This document shows, in pieces, positions 8,889 through 17,878 of a stretch of 35,851 nucleotides of DNA (positions are counted from its first letter, which is position 1; each line of letters begins with the position of its first letter). The translations under genes and the position numbers were made by a program. The notes under the pieces were generated by a model that was not told the DNA's origin, made no database searches, and saw only the letters and a list, made by a program, of their open reading frames with translations. Location of the stretch: the sequence record SRR31156797_1783. One strand, given 5' to 3'.

Positions 8889-10418
8889 ATGTCTGGGCTT
8901 TACTGATTTTTGCCGCTTTGAATACTGCTGATACCTCAAATGTCTGTCAGCATATGAATACAGCATCATGCCGCCGACAATAGCAAGTATAATCAGCACA
9001 GCAATAAAGATTTTCTTAAATAACGGATTATTTGCATTATTTTGAATTTCCTCTATAATGTTTGTGTCAACTTTACCAAAATCCTCAGGTACTGCCGTCG
9101 GTTCTGCCGTTACCATAGGAACAGCATTTACATCATTTGCCGCTACCAGCTTTGCCTTTAGTTCAATCGTCATCAAGTCTGAACCATCTGGTGATTCCTG
9201 AAGGTAATCGTCATAGCTGTGGGTATTATTGTATGTATATGTTATTGTGCCTATATAGTCGCCCTTTTCAATAGGTGCAATAAGCGGGTCTTGATCGAAT
9301 TCAATTACAGCTGTAAAATATTCATCAGGATTTGCTCTAATTAGTTCACACAGCTCCTTGGTTTCTGTCAGGTAGGTCTTTGTATCTGGAGCAATTTCCA
9401 GATAAACCTCATTGCCGTCTATGCCGGAGGCAGCATTCTTTACTTCTGCTTTTATCTCCTTCTCACGGAAAAGTTGCTCAATATCTACAGTATCATAATA
9501 CTCAAACCCATACTCAAACATTGTAATAGAATTTATCCATTTACCATTGGTGGTATCCTTTAACACTACACCTACCAAAGATTGATTACCCTTTTCTGCT
9601 GACGTAACCAGAGTATGCTGAGCAGGAGTAGTAAACCCTGTCTTCATACCAGTTGCATAGTCATAGCCGTATGTAGAGTTACCATTTACCAGTTTGTTCG
9701 AGTTTCTCCACCTGTAACCGTCTCCAGAATAATCATGATAATCCGTATCGGATGGAGTATAGTATGCAGATGAAACTACCTTTACAAATGATGGGAATTT
9801 GTTTGCATATATAGCTAGTCTGGCATAATCCGCAGCACATGTTGAATGTCCTGATTGATAAAGCCCATGAGGATTTTTATATGTTGTTCTGGTCATGCCT
9901 AATTCTTCAGCCTTTTCATTCATCATGTCGATGAAATTATCATATGTACCGCCTACATGGATAGCTAGTGCTATTGCTGCATCAGCTCCTGATATTAGCA
10001 TCAGACCATAAAGTAAATCCTCTACATATACTGTTTCACCCTTTTGAAATCCACAGAGTTTTGCATCATCCTCCAGAGCCATAATTTCCACTGCCATATC
10101 ATTGCTTATAGTAACGATATCACTCATCTGAGTATTCTCAACAGCCAGTACTGCAGTCATAATTTTTGTAATTGAAGCAGGCTGCATATCTCTGTATTCG
10201 CTTTTGCCAAAGAGTATTCTCCCTGTTTTAGCGTCTGCTAGTATAGCTGCCTGTGCTGATGAAACAGCAGAACTCCGAAGCTCTCCTTCACTGTTTGCCA
10301 GCTCATCCCAGTCTCGTTCACTAACAGATGCTGCATAGGAAATCACACTGCCAAATAGCATAGTAACTGCCAGAACAAAGACTATTATGAATTTAGTAAT
10401 TTTACTCAATCTTCTCAT
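8883..10418 (-). CDS. D-alanyl-D-alanine carboxypeptidase family (S11, PBP5/DacA-like), copy 3; SxN motif reads SGA
   Basis: Signal peptide, PASITK (SxxK), LMLISGAD, NPHGL, MKTGF, C-terminal TM anchor. Confidence 0.9.
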   Translation of the reverse strand: MRRLSKITKFIIVFVLAVTMLFGSVISYAASVSERDWDELANSEGELRSSAVSSAQAAILADAKTGRILFGKSEYRDMQPASITKIMTAVLAVENTQMSDIVTISNDMAVEIMALEDDAKLCGFQKGETVYVEDLLYGLMLISGADAAIALAIHVGGTYDNFIDMMNEKAEELGMTRTTYKNPHGLYQSGHSTCAADYARLAIYANKFPSFVKVVSSAYYTPSDTDYHDYSGDGYRWRNSNKLVNGNSTYGYDYATGMKTGFTTPAQHTLVTSAEKGNQSLVGVVLKDTTNGKWINSITMFEYGFEYYDTVDIEQLFREKEIKAEVKNAASGIDGNEVYLEIAPDTKTYLTETKELCELIRANPDEYFTAVIEFDQDPLIAPIEKGDYIGTITYTYNNTHSYDDYLQESPDGSDLMTIELKAKLVAANDVNAVPMVTAEPTAVPEDFGKVDTNIIEEIQNNANNPLFKKIFIAVLIILAIVGGMMLYSYADRHLRYQQYSKRQKSVKPRHK

Positions 10419-10421
10419 TTA

Positions 10422-11957
10422 TCAATACCTGCGTCTGCCAGAATTTCCTCTGTTATCATGGGATCTGGAGCTTTGAGGTTGTTTGTACCTGTTGTTAGAT
10501 TTTGACCTGTTAACTATAAGTATAACCATCAAAAGTACCAGAATGATAAGTATCGCTATGACAGTGTACTTGATAATATCATTTAGTTCAAATCCGCCGC
10601 CAATTTGAGGAGACAATGTGGTTTCCGGTACTAAAGATTCCTCTGGAGTTGGTGTTGCAGTTACAATCGCATCAATACTGTTTTTTGCAATTAATGGTGC
10701 AGTATAAGAGAATTTCTGGGTTTCTCCCTCTGCCGCCTTGTAGCTCAAATATTCTGATGTATTACCTGAATAATTATATGTGTAAGTCACTGTGCCAAGC
10801 TGCTGACCTGCCTCAATAGGTGCTGTCAGCTGCTCTGCTGAATAGTCTATCTGCTCTGTAATATATGCAGAAGGGTCAGCTAATATTTCCTTTGTCTTCT
10901 CAGTACGCTCTGTAATATAGACGGCATCGCCCTCTCCTATAGTAACAGTTAACTCATCCCCGGTTGTATCCGGATTTGCTCCCTCTACAGTGGTAGTAAT
11001 CTCTGCTCCCTTGTACAGCGAACCAATATTAATAGTATCATAGAAATCAAAACCATAATCGAACAACATGCTTGAATTGTTCCATCTGCCAGTAAGTGAG
11101 TCATTCAGAACAACTGCTACCAAAGACTGACCATCGTTCTCAGCAGATGAAACTAAAGTATATCCTGCTTTTTTTGTATAACCTGTTTTAATTCCAGTAG
11201 CATACTCATAGCCGAATTCTTCATTTCCTGTAATCAACTCATTTAAGTTGAAAAAATATAAACCTTCCCCCTCAGAATACTTAGTAAGGTTTGTATCACT
11301 GGGCTTGTACTGCACAGTAGATACAATTTCGTTAAATTCAGGATACTGTTTTGCATACATAGCAAGCAGTGCCATATCACGGGCTGAGGTCACATGTCCT
11401 TCGTCTGTCAAACCAGTAGGGTTTATATACGTTGTGTTAGTCATTCCTATTTCAATAGCTTTGGCATTCATCATATTGATAAATTCATCGTATGTACCTC
11501 CGACATGATATGCCAGTGCTACTGCATCATCGCCTCCGGATACCAGCATCAAGCCATAGAGTAAGTCCTTGACGGAAATTATCTCGCTTTCCTTTACTCC
11601 GCTTTTGGATGCATCCTCATCCAAATCCCTTATCTGCTGTGCTATTACGCCGTTTATTGTAACCATATCTGTCATTTGGGAGTTTTCTATGGTTAATACA
11701 GCTGTCATAATCTTTGTAATTGAGGCCGGATCCAATACTTGGTCTATACCTTTCGCAAAAAGTATTCTGCCAGTATTTGCATCTACCAGTATCACAGCTT
11801 CTGCAGATGATACTGCCGCATCCTGTAGTTCTCCATCAGTATCTACCAGCTGATCCCATTGTCGAGTATCAGCATATGATACTGTATTGCCTACCAATAT
11901 TATAGCTGTCAAAACAACAGATATAATTAATTTGTTAATTTTATTAAATATTTTCAT
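10422..11957 (-). CDS. D-alanyl-D-alanine carboxypeptidase family (S11), copy 2; SxN motif reads SGG
   Basis: PASITK, LMLVSGGD, NPTGL, IKTGY, C-terminal TM helix and basic tail. Confidence 0.9.
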   Translation of the reverse strand: MKIFNKINKLIISVVLTAIILVGNTVSYADTRQWDQLVDTDGELQDAAVSSAEAVILVDANTGRILFAKGIDQVLDPASITKIMTAVLTIENSQMTDMVTINGVIAQQIRDLDEDASKSGVKESEIISVKDLLYGLMLVSGGDDAVALAYHVGGTYDEFINMMNAKAIEIGMTNTTYINPTGLTDEGHVTSARDMALLAMYAKQYPEFNEIVSTVQYKPSDTNLTKYSEGEGLYFFNLNELITGNEEFGYEYATGIKTGYTKKAGYTLVSSAENDGQSLVAVVLNDSLTGRWNNSSMLFDYGFDFYDTINIGSLYKGAEITTTVEGANPDTTGDELTVTIGEGDAVYITERTEKTKEILADPSAYITEQIDYSAEQLTAPIEAGQQLGTVTYTYNYSGNTSEYLSYKAAEGETQKFSYTAPLIAKNSIDAIVTATPTPEESLVPETTLSPQIGGGFELNDIIKYTVIAILIILVLLMVILIVNRSKSNNRYKQPQSSRSHDNRGNSGRRRY

Positions 11958-11960
11958 CAG

Positions 11961-13490
11961 TTAATGCCTGCGTCTTCCAGAACCTCCTCGATTATCTTGG
12001 GCTCTTGATTTTTGTGCCTTTCTGTATCTACTCTCTGATTTTGACCTGTAGACAACCAGAATAACTAATAGCAGTATCAGAATAATAAACAGTACTACAA
12101 TTGCATACATAGCAAAATCTCCTATATCAAAGCTTCCGCTTCCTCTAGGAGGCAGTGTAGTCTCTGGTATTGCTGTTGCTTCTGGTTCAGGTGTTTCAGT
12201 AACAATTGCTTCAATATTATTTTTTGCAATAAGAGGTGCTGTATATGAGAAATACTGAACCTCTCCCTCTGCTGCCATATAGCCTAAATACTCTACACTA
12301 TTATGTGAATATGTATATGTATATGTAACTGTACCAACCTGCTGACCTGCTGCAATCGGTGCTGTCAGCTGCTCAGTTGTAAAGTTTGTCTGCTCTGTAA
12401 AAAATGCTGAAGGGTCAGCTTTTATATCATCTATTCGCTCAGTACGCTCAGTAATATATACTGGATTACTTTCGCCTATAGTCATTATCAGCTCATCACC
12501 AGTTGTTGCCAGGTTCGCTTCATCAACAATAGTCGTAAGCTCGGTGTCTTGATACAGCGAGCCAATATCAATAGTATCATAGAAATCAAAACCGTAATCA
12601 AACAGTATTCTGCTGTTATCCCACTTACCGGTTTTTGTATCCTTTAAAACAACTGCAACCAAGGACTGTCCATCGTATTCAGCCGAAGAAACCAAAGTAT
12701 GTTCTGATGTTTGTGTATAACCGGTCTTTATCCCCGTAGCATACTCGTAACCATACACCTCATCACCATTAATCAGCCTATTTGTATTGGAAAAATATGC
12801 AGCTTGACCACTTGAATAACTGGTCAGATTAGTATCGCTTGGCTTATATTCCGCTGTAGAAACGACTTCATTAAATATTGGATACTGCTTTGCATACATA
12901 GCAAGCAGTGCCATGTCACGGGCAGAGGTCTTGTGCCCTTCATCTGTTAGTCCATGCGGATTGGTATATGTAGTATCCGTCATCCCTATTTCAATAGCCT
13001 TAGCATTCATCATTGCAATAAAGGCATCATATGTACCGCCTACATGATTTGCAAGAGCAACAGCTGCATCATTACCTGATTCCAACATTAAGCCATAGAG
13101 TAAATCCTGAACGGTAATAACCTCTCCTTCTTTTACTCCGCTTACTGATGAATCCTTGTCAAGGTCCTTTATCTGCTGAGCAATCACACTATTTATTGTA
13201 ACCTGATCCGTCATTTCTGCGTTTTCTATGGTTAATAAGGCAGTCATAATCTTTGTAATAGATGCTGGATACATAGAGCCATATGCACTTTTCTTGAATA
13301 AAATTCTCCCTGAATTAATATCTACTAGAATTGCACTGTCTGCCGAGTTTACAGCCTTATACAATAATTCTTCATCCTCTGTCAACCATCCTGACCAATC
13401 CCTAGTACCCGGCTCAGCAGACGCTGACGCCATACTCATTACGATTATCATAACAAGTATTATCGATACTAAAAGTTTTGACTTACGCAT
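11961..13490 (-). CDS. D-alanyl-D-alanine carboxypeptidase (S11), copy 1; canonical motifs
   Basis: PASITK, LMLESGND, NPHGL, IKTGY, C-terminal TM helix. AAAGGA RBS. Confidence 0.92.
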   Translation of the reverse strand: MRKSKLLVSIILVMIIVMSMASASAEPGTRDWSGWLTEDEELLYKAVNSADSAILVDINSGRILFKKSAYGSMYPASITKIMTALLTIENAEMTDQVTINSVIAQQIKDLDKDSSVSGVKEGEVITVQDLLYGLMLESGNDAAVALANHVGGTYDAFIAMMNAKAIEIGMTDTTYTNPHGLTDEGHKTSARDMALLAMYAKQYPIFNEVVSTAEYKPSDTNLTSYSSGQAAYFSNTNRLINGDEVYGYEYATGIKTGYTQTSEHTLVSSAEYDGQSLVAVVLKDTKTGKWDNSRILFDYGFDFYDTIDIGSLYQDTELTTIVDEANLATTGDELIMTIGESNPVYITERTERIDDIKADPSAFFTEQTNFTTEQLTAPIAAGQQVGTVTYTYTYSHNSVEYLGYMAAEGEVQYFSYTAPLIAKNNIEAIVTETPEPEATAIPETTLPPRGSGSFDIGDFAMYAIVVLFIILILLLVILVVYRSKSESRYRKAQKSRAQDNRGGSGRRRH

Positions 13491-13720
13491 TTATCCCATT
13501 CATTCCTTTCGAAATCTACTATACACATTTTGAGTAATTATAACATAAGTATTACTTTTTTGTATAGGTTAAAATAGTTAATAAAGTGTTTTGTATTTTT
13601 TGGTTTATGACCTATTACAGACAATTTACAAACAAACTTACAAAAAGAACAAGGTTTAAGCTAATTATAAATAATTTATTTGTTTTCGTATATTATTTAA
13701 TGTTTTATTTAAAATTATTA

Positions 13721-13749
13721 TTGACATTCATTGTTTGATAGTGTATTAT
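13721..13749 (+). promoter_or_regulatory. Putative sigma-A promoter
   Basis: TTGACA, 17 nt, TATTAT, followed by a GAGGTG RBS before ATG 13780. Confidence 0.65.
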
Positions 13750-13779
13750 TTACCCATAAATAATATTGAGGTGTAAACA

Positions 13780-14349
13780 ATGAAAATGCATGAAAAGAAA
13801 CTAAAAAGGTTTAGTATATACAAGAAAATTGCAAATGTGTTATTTATACTAACCATTATCTTTGGCGTACTGGCACTATTGGCAACTGTAATCGGTCAAC
13901 TATACATCGCAAACAACAGTAACGAGATTGTAGATACTGTCTCAAAATATCTGGAAGAACAGGATTTTACAGTTAGGATTACCGAAGATTTCACTATTCC
14001 AAATGGCTTGTTTTATGTCTTTATGGCATATATAGTTTTAAGTCTCTCTTTAACAGCCTATTTATTCAAATCAATTGGTAGACTTTTTGGATTTGTAATC
14101 GAAGATAAAACTCCTTTTACACAAAAAGTTGTAAAATCACTAAAGTCTATGGGAATTGCATTCTTTGTCTACTTAGGTCTAAAATTTATCCTTAGTATAT
14201 CTTTCTCTCCAGCTATGGGTAACGCTATTCACTTAGGATTTGACTCAATTGAGTACAAATATATACTCTTTGGCATACTTCTTTTGGCTCTTGGAGAAAT
14301 ATTTGAATTCGGTATGAATTTACAACAAGATAACGAATCCATCATATAA
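13780..14349 (+). CDS. DUF2975-family membrane protein
   Basis: Four TM segments, TPFTQKVVKSLK and the C-terminus EIFEFGMNLQQDNESII. Adjacent to a YozG-like HTH gene, as is typical of this family. Confidence 0.85.
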   Translation: MKMHEKKLKRFSIYKKIANVLFILTIIFGVLALLATVIGQLYIANNSNEIVDTVSKYLEEQDFTVRITEDFTIPNGLFYVFMAYIVLSLSLTAYLFKSIGRLFGFVIEDKTPFTQKVVKSLKSMGIAFFVYLGLKFILSISFSPAMGNAIHLGFDSIEYKYILFGILLLALGEIFEFGMNLQQDNESII

Positions 14350-14358
14350 GGGGAGATT

Positions 14359-14565
14359 ATGATTATTGTAAGACTTGATAGAATGATGGCGCACAGGAAA
14401 ATTTCACTAAACGAATTATCAGAGAGAGTAGGTCTGTCTAATGTAAACCTATCCCTTTTAAAAAACGGCAAAGTAAAAGGAATACGGTTTAACACATTGG
14501 ATGCTATATGCGAGGTGCTTGAGTGCACTCCAGGTGATATATTGGAATATTCAGAAAATGAGTAA
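14359..14565 (+). CDS. Cro/C1-type (YozG-like) HTH transcriptional regulator
   Basis: IIVRLDRMMAHRKISLNELSERVGLSNVNLSLLKNGKVKGIRFNTLDAICEVLECTPGDILEY; AAGGGGAG RBS. Confidence 0.92.
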   Translation: MIIVRLDRMMAHRKISLNELSERVGLSNVNLSLLKNGKVKGIRFNTLDAICEVLECTPGDILEYSENE

Positions 14566-14708
14566 TTGCATAATGTTACCTTACCAAAATCTATAAAAAA
14601 CACATATCAATTAACTAACTCAACATTTAACTAAATACATTCAGGCTGTAACTGTCCATGCAAAACACATGGGCATACGGCTTGGTTTAGTGCTGTCTTT
14701 TTTAATGA

Positions 14709-15296
14709 AATTTTATAAATGAAGGCAACTACCTGAACAGTATAGCAGACAATCCAAATGGGTTAGTTATTGGAAATCTGCTGGTTTTGCTAATGAGTAT
14801 TGCATGTCCTATAATTGCATACAGTATTTATCCTGTACTTAGTAAAAGGTGCAAGACTCTGGCAATAAGTGCTGTAGGCTTTAGAACAATCGAAGGAGCA
14901 TTAACTGCACTCTCTGCTATAACACTTCTAGCCTTAGTCCCAATAGCGAAAGAATATGCAGCATCAGGAAGTGAATTAGCACTATCCTCTGCATATGGGT
15001 TACTTACATTGAATCAAACAATATCGCCGGTTCTGGGAATAATTTTTTCTACAGGTGCGTTGATGCACTATATTGGATTCTTCAAATCACGCCAACTGCC
15101 TCTATGGATATCTATCTGGGGAATAATCGCAGCTGTAATGCATATCGTTGCGAGTATACTAGTCTTTTACGGATATGAAGCCTTCTCTCCAATCAACTTG
15201 GTACTAAATATGCCAATTGTACTTCAGGAGATGGTAATGGCTGTTTATTTAATAATCTTTGGATATAGAGAAGGACGAGTGATTAAGACTGCATAA
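14709..15296 (+). pseudogene. DUF4386-like membrane protein, apparently 5'-truncated
   Basis: The frame is open from 14709 (after TGA 14706-14708) and gives family-like sequence NYLNSIADNPNGLVIGNLL upstream of the first TTG/ATG. No clear RBS. Internal motifs GFRTIEGA, FKSRQLPLWISIWG and QEMVMAVYLIIFG. Confidence 0.55.
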
Positions 15297-15313
15297 AGAC
15301 TGTAATATTTATG

Positions 15314-15339
15314 TGGACATATCGATTTGAATATGTCCA
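15314..15339. repeat. 9-bp inverted repeat (weak terminator or operator)
   Basis: TGGACATAT, 8 nt, ATATGTCCA just after the DUF4386-like stop; no strong U-tract. Confidence 0.45.
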
Positions 15340-15484
15340 TTATTAATTTCAATAATAAAAGATTTATTCAAGATAAGTATGTACCAAAAATCCTTACATC
15401 AAATTAATCAAACCTGCATTTAATCTTTATTCAGTATCTTACAATAACTTAACACATTCAATATAGTACTTTAAATTGCTACAG

Positions 15485-15513
15485 TTGACAATGCATAATT
15501 ATAATGCTATTAT
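15485..15513 (+). promoter_or_regulatory. Sigma-A promoter of the aro/phe operon leader
   Basis: TTGACA (15485-15490), 17 nt, TATTAT (15508-15513), with an extended -10 TG at 15505. Confidence 0.75.
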
Positions 15514-15579
15514 TACTTAAATTCCTTATTTCTGCTAAATTGGAATCTGGAATACTAACGAGGTTAGGCGCATACTATT

Positions 15580-15690
15580 ATGATGAGAAACAGCAAATCG
15601 CTTTTCAATGCATTTTATTCATTTTTATTTACATTTAGCTTTGGCTTTTTTGGCTTTAGCTTTTTTGGATATGGAAAAATAAAATGTTGA
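15580..15690 (+). CDS. Phe-rich attenuator leader peptide (PheL-like), 36 aa, MMRNSKSLFNAFYSFLFTFSFGFFGFSFFGYGKIKC
   Basis: Hand-translated ORF with 11 Phe and 2 Tyr codons between the promoter and the terminator. The RBS is weak or distant (GAGGTTAGG at 15560-15568). Confidence 0.85.
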   Translation: MMRNSKSLFNAFYSFLFTFSFGFFGFSFFGYGKIKC

Positions 15691-15752
15691 GTATCTCATA
15701 ATAGGAACATACGGAATTCAAGAGAGACTCAACAAATGAGTCTCTCTTTTTT
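15685..15752 (+). promoter_or_regulatory. Transcription attenuator (mutually exclusive antiterminator and terminator)
   Basis: Terminator: AGAGAGACTCA-ACAAA-TGAGTCTCTCT plus T-run (15721-15752). Antiterminator: TGTTGAGTATCTC (15685-15697) pairs at 12 of 13 positions with GAGAGACTCAACA (15722-15734). Confidence 0.85.
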
Positions 15753-15796
15753 ATTAAATCAACTCATAACTATATGCAAATATGAAAGGAAATTTT

Positions 15797-16807
15797 ATGA
15801 TAATTGTATTAGAGCCAAATACACCTGAATCGGCTATCGCTGATTTAACTAAAGAAGTAGAGAGCATGGGTGTTCACATCCAGAGAAACAACGGCGAATC
15901 CTATACCGTTCTTGCCCTGCTTGGTGATACGTCAAAAGTTAAGGAAGCACCAATTTTATCTAACAAATACGTACATAACTTAGTAAGAATTCAAGAACCG
16001 TACAAAAGAGCTAACAAAATCTTCAAACCTGAAAAAACAGTCATTGAAGTAGGCGGACACAAAATCGGCGGAGATGAACTAATAATTATGGCTGGACCAT
16101 GTTCTGTAGAGGGCGAAGAGAGCATAATAGAGCACGCAATAGCTGTTAAAAAAGCCGGTGCACACTTTTTGAGAGGCGGTGCATACAAGCCTCGCTCTTC
16201 ACCATATTCTTTCCAAGGCTTAGGCAAAGAGGGTATAGACTATATGGTTAAGGCAAAGAAAGAAACTGGACTGCCTATTATAACCGAAGTCATGGCAATC
16301 GGCACATTGGACGAATTTGCTGATGTAGACATTATTCAGGTTGGCGCCAGAAATATGCAGAACTTCGCATTGCTGAAAGCATTAGGAAAGACCAACAAAC
16401 CAATCCTGCTAAAGAGAGGACTAAGCTCAACAATAGAAGAATGGCTGATGTCAGCAGAATATATAATAGCTGAGGGCAACGAGAACGTTATACTTTGTGA
16501 GAGAGGCATCAGAACATTTGAGAACTATACCAGAAATACTCTGGACATATCAGCAGTGCCCGTAGTAAAGAGATTGAGTCACTTGCCAATAATCATCGAC
16601 CCATCTCATGCTGCTGGTCTATGGTGGATGGTTGATTCACTTTCAAAGGCTTCAGTTGCAGCTGGCGCAGACGGTCTAATAATAGAAGTACATCTAGACC
16701 CTCCTCATGCTATGAGCGACGGCGGACAGTCACTGCGTCCTGAACAGTTTGAAAAGCTAATGAAGGAGATTAAGCCAATTTCTAAAGCAGTAAACAGACA
16801 TTTTTAG
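15797..16807 (+). CDS. aroF: DAHP synthase type I-beta with N-terminal regulatory domain
   Basis: AGPCSVE, RGGAYKPRSSPYSFQGLG, QVGARNMQN, LCERGIRTFE, DPSHAAG. Start set at ATG 15797 behind AAAGGA (alternative 15782). Confidence 0.95.
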   Translation: MIIVLEPNTPESAIADLTKEVESMGVHIQRNNGESYTVLALLGDTSKVKEAPILSNKYVHNLVRIQEPYKRANKIFKPEKTVIEVGGHKIGGDELIIMAGPCSVEGEESIIEHAIAVKKAGAHFLRGGAYKPRSSPYSFQGLGKEGIDYMVKAKKETGLPIITEVMAIGTLDEFADVDIIQVGARNMQNFALLKALGKTNKPILLKRGLSSTIEEWLMSAEYIIAEGNENVILCERGIRTFENYTRNTLDISAVPVVKRLSHLPIIIDPSHAAGLWWMVDSLSKASVAAGADGLIIEVHLDPPHAMSDGGQSLRPEQFEKLMKEIKPISKAVNRHF

Positions 16808-16816
16808 GGGATTATA

Positions 16817-17878
16817 ATGATTGCACAAATAGGAAATATTACTTATCCGCTATTTATTGACAATGGCACAATAGATAGTATTGGAATAACTATTAAAAAA
16901 GAGTTCCCAAAGGCTAAAGCCGTAGTTATTACAGACGACAAAGTCAATGCTCTCTACGGCAAAAGAGTAATGAAAAATCTTGAGGCAAATAATATAGACG
17001 CTGATATTATAGTGTTGCCTCAGGGGGAGAGCACCAAGTCCTTTGCAGTGCTGGAAGAAGTTATTGATAAACTAGCTAATAAGAAAATTATAAGAGATGA
17101 TATACTAATAGCTCTAGGCGGCGGTGTAATTGGTGACCTGACTGGATTTGCTGCATCCTGCTATCTCAGGGGCATTAAGTATATTCAAGTACCCACTACG
17201 CTATTAGCTCAAGTGGACAGTTCTATTGGAGGAAAAACAGCCATCAATCTGCCTCAGGGCAAGAATTTGGTTGGTGCTTTCTATCAGCCATCTATGGTCT
17301 TTATCGACCCTGATGTACTTACTACACTAGACGATGATGACTATGCCTGCGGAATGGCAGAAATTATAAAGACTGCCGCTATCAGAGATAGAAATCTATT
17401 TGATACATTAAGCCAATATAAGGGCAGGACAAAGGTTCACCCAGTTATTGGCGATATTATCTCAAGGTGCTGCGAAATCAAACTGGACGTGGTAAGTCAG
17501 GATGAAAAGGACAAAGGACTTCGCATGATATTAAACTATGGTCACACCTTAGGACACGCTTTGGAGAAGTGCGAAAACACCCTCATCAAACATGGTATGG
17601 CTGTAGCCATCGGTATGGCAGTAATAACCAAAATGTCAGAGCAGCTGGGATTGACAGATAAGGGTACATATCAGAAAATCATACAAATACTAATGCAATA
17701 CGATTTGCCCTATTTATCAGAAGGTTATGATATGGAGAAAGTACTCACACTGGCTAAAATGGATAAAAAGAACTTAAACAGCAAGCTCAACCTAATATTG
17801 CTAAAAGAAATAGGTAGCTGCTACATTCATAGTGTGGATTATTCAGAATTCGTAAGCATGACAGGAGATACCATATGA
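16817..17878 (+). CDS. aroB: 3-dehydroquinate synthase
   Basis: ALGGGVIGDLTGF, PTTLLAQVDSSIGGKT, LNYGHTLGHALE, HGMAV, DKK. Confidence 0.96.
   Translation: MIAQIGNITYPLFIDNGTIDSIGITIKKEFPKAKAVVITDDKVNALYGKRVMKNLEANNIDADIIVLPQGESTKSFAVLEEVIDKLANKKIIRDDILIALGGGVIGDLTGFAASCYLRGIKYIQVPTTLLAQVDSSIGGKTAINLPQGKNLVGAFYQPSMVFIDPDVLTTLDDDDYACGMAEIIKTAAIRDRNLFDTLSQYKGRTKVHPVIGDIISRCCEIKLDVVSQDEKDKGLRMILNYGHTLGHALEKCENTLIKHGMAVAIGMAVITKMSEQLGLTDKGTYQKIIQILMQYDLPYLSEGYDMEKVLTLAKMDKKNLNSKLNLILLKEIGSCYIHSVDYSEFVSMTGDTI

Noticed and set aside
13660-13770. Loose TT(T/C)A(T/A)TGTTT repeats as HTH operator sites
   Set aside because: Plausible for autoregulation, but too degenerate in very AT-rich DNA to call.
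15611-15668. TTT(A/G)GC-like microsatellite
   Set aside because: The periodicity is explained by alternating Phe codons in the leader peptide.
15514-15752. T-box riboswitch or TRAP-binding site upstream of aroF
   Set aside because: No GGTGG-containing T-box bulge motif and no regularly spaced (G/U)AG array. The leader ORF and alternative hairpins explain the region better.
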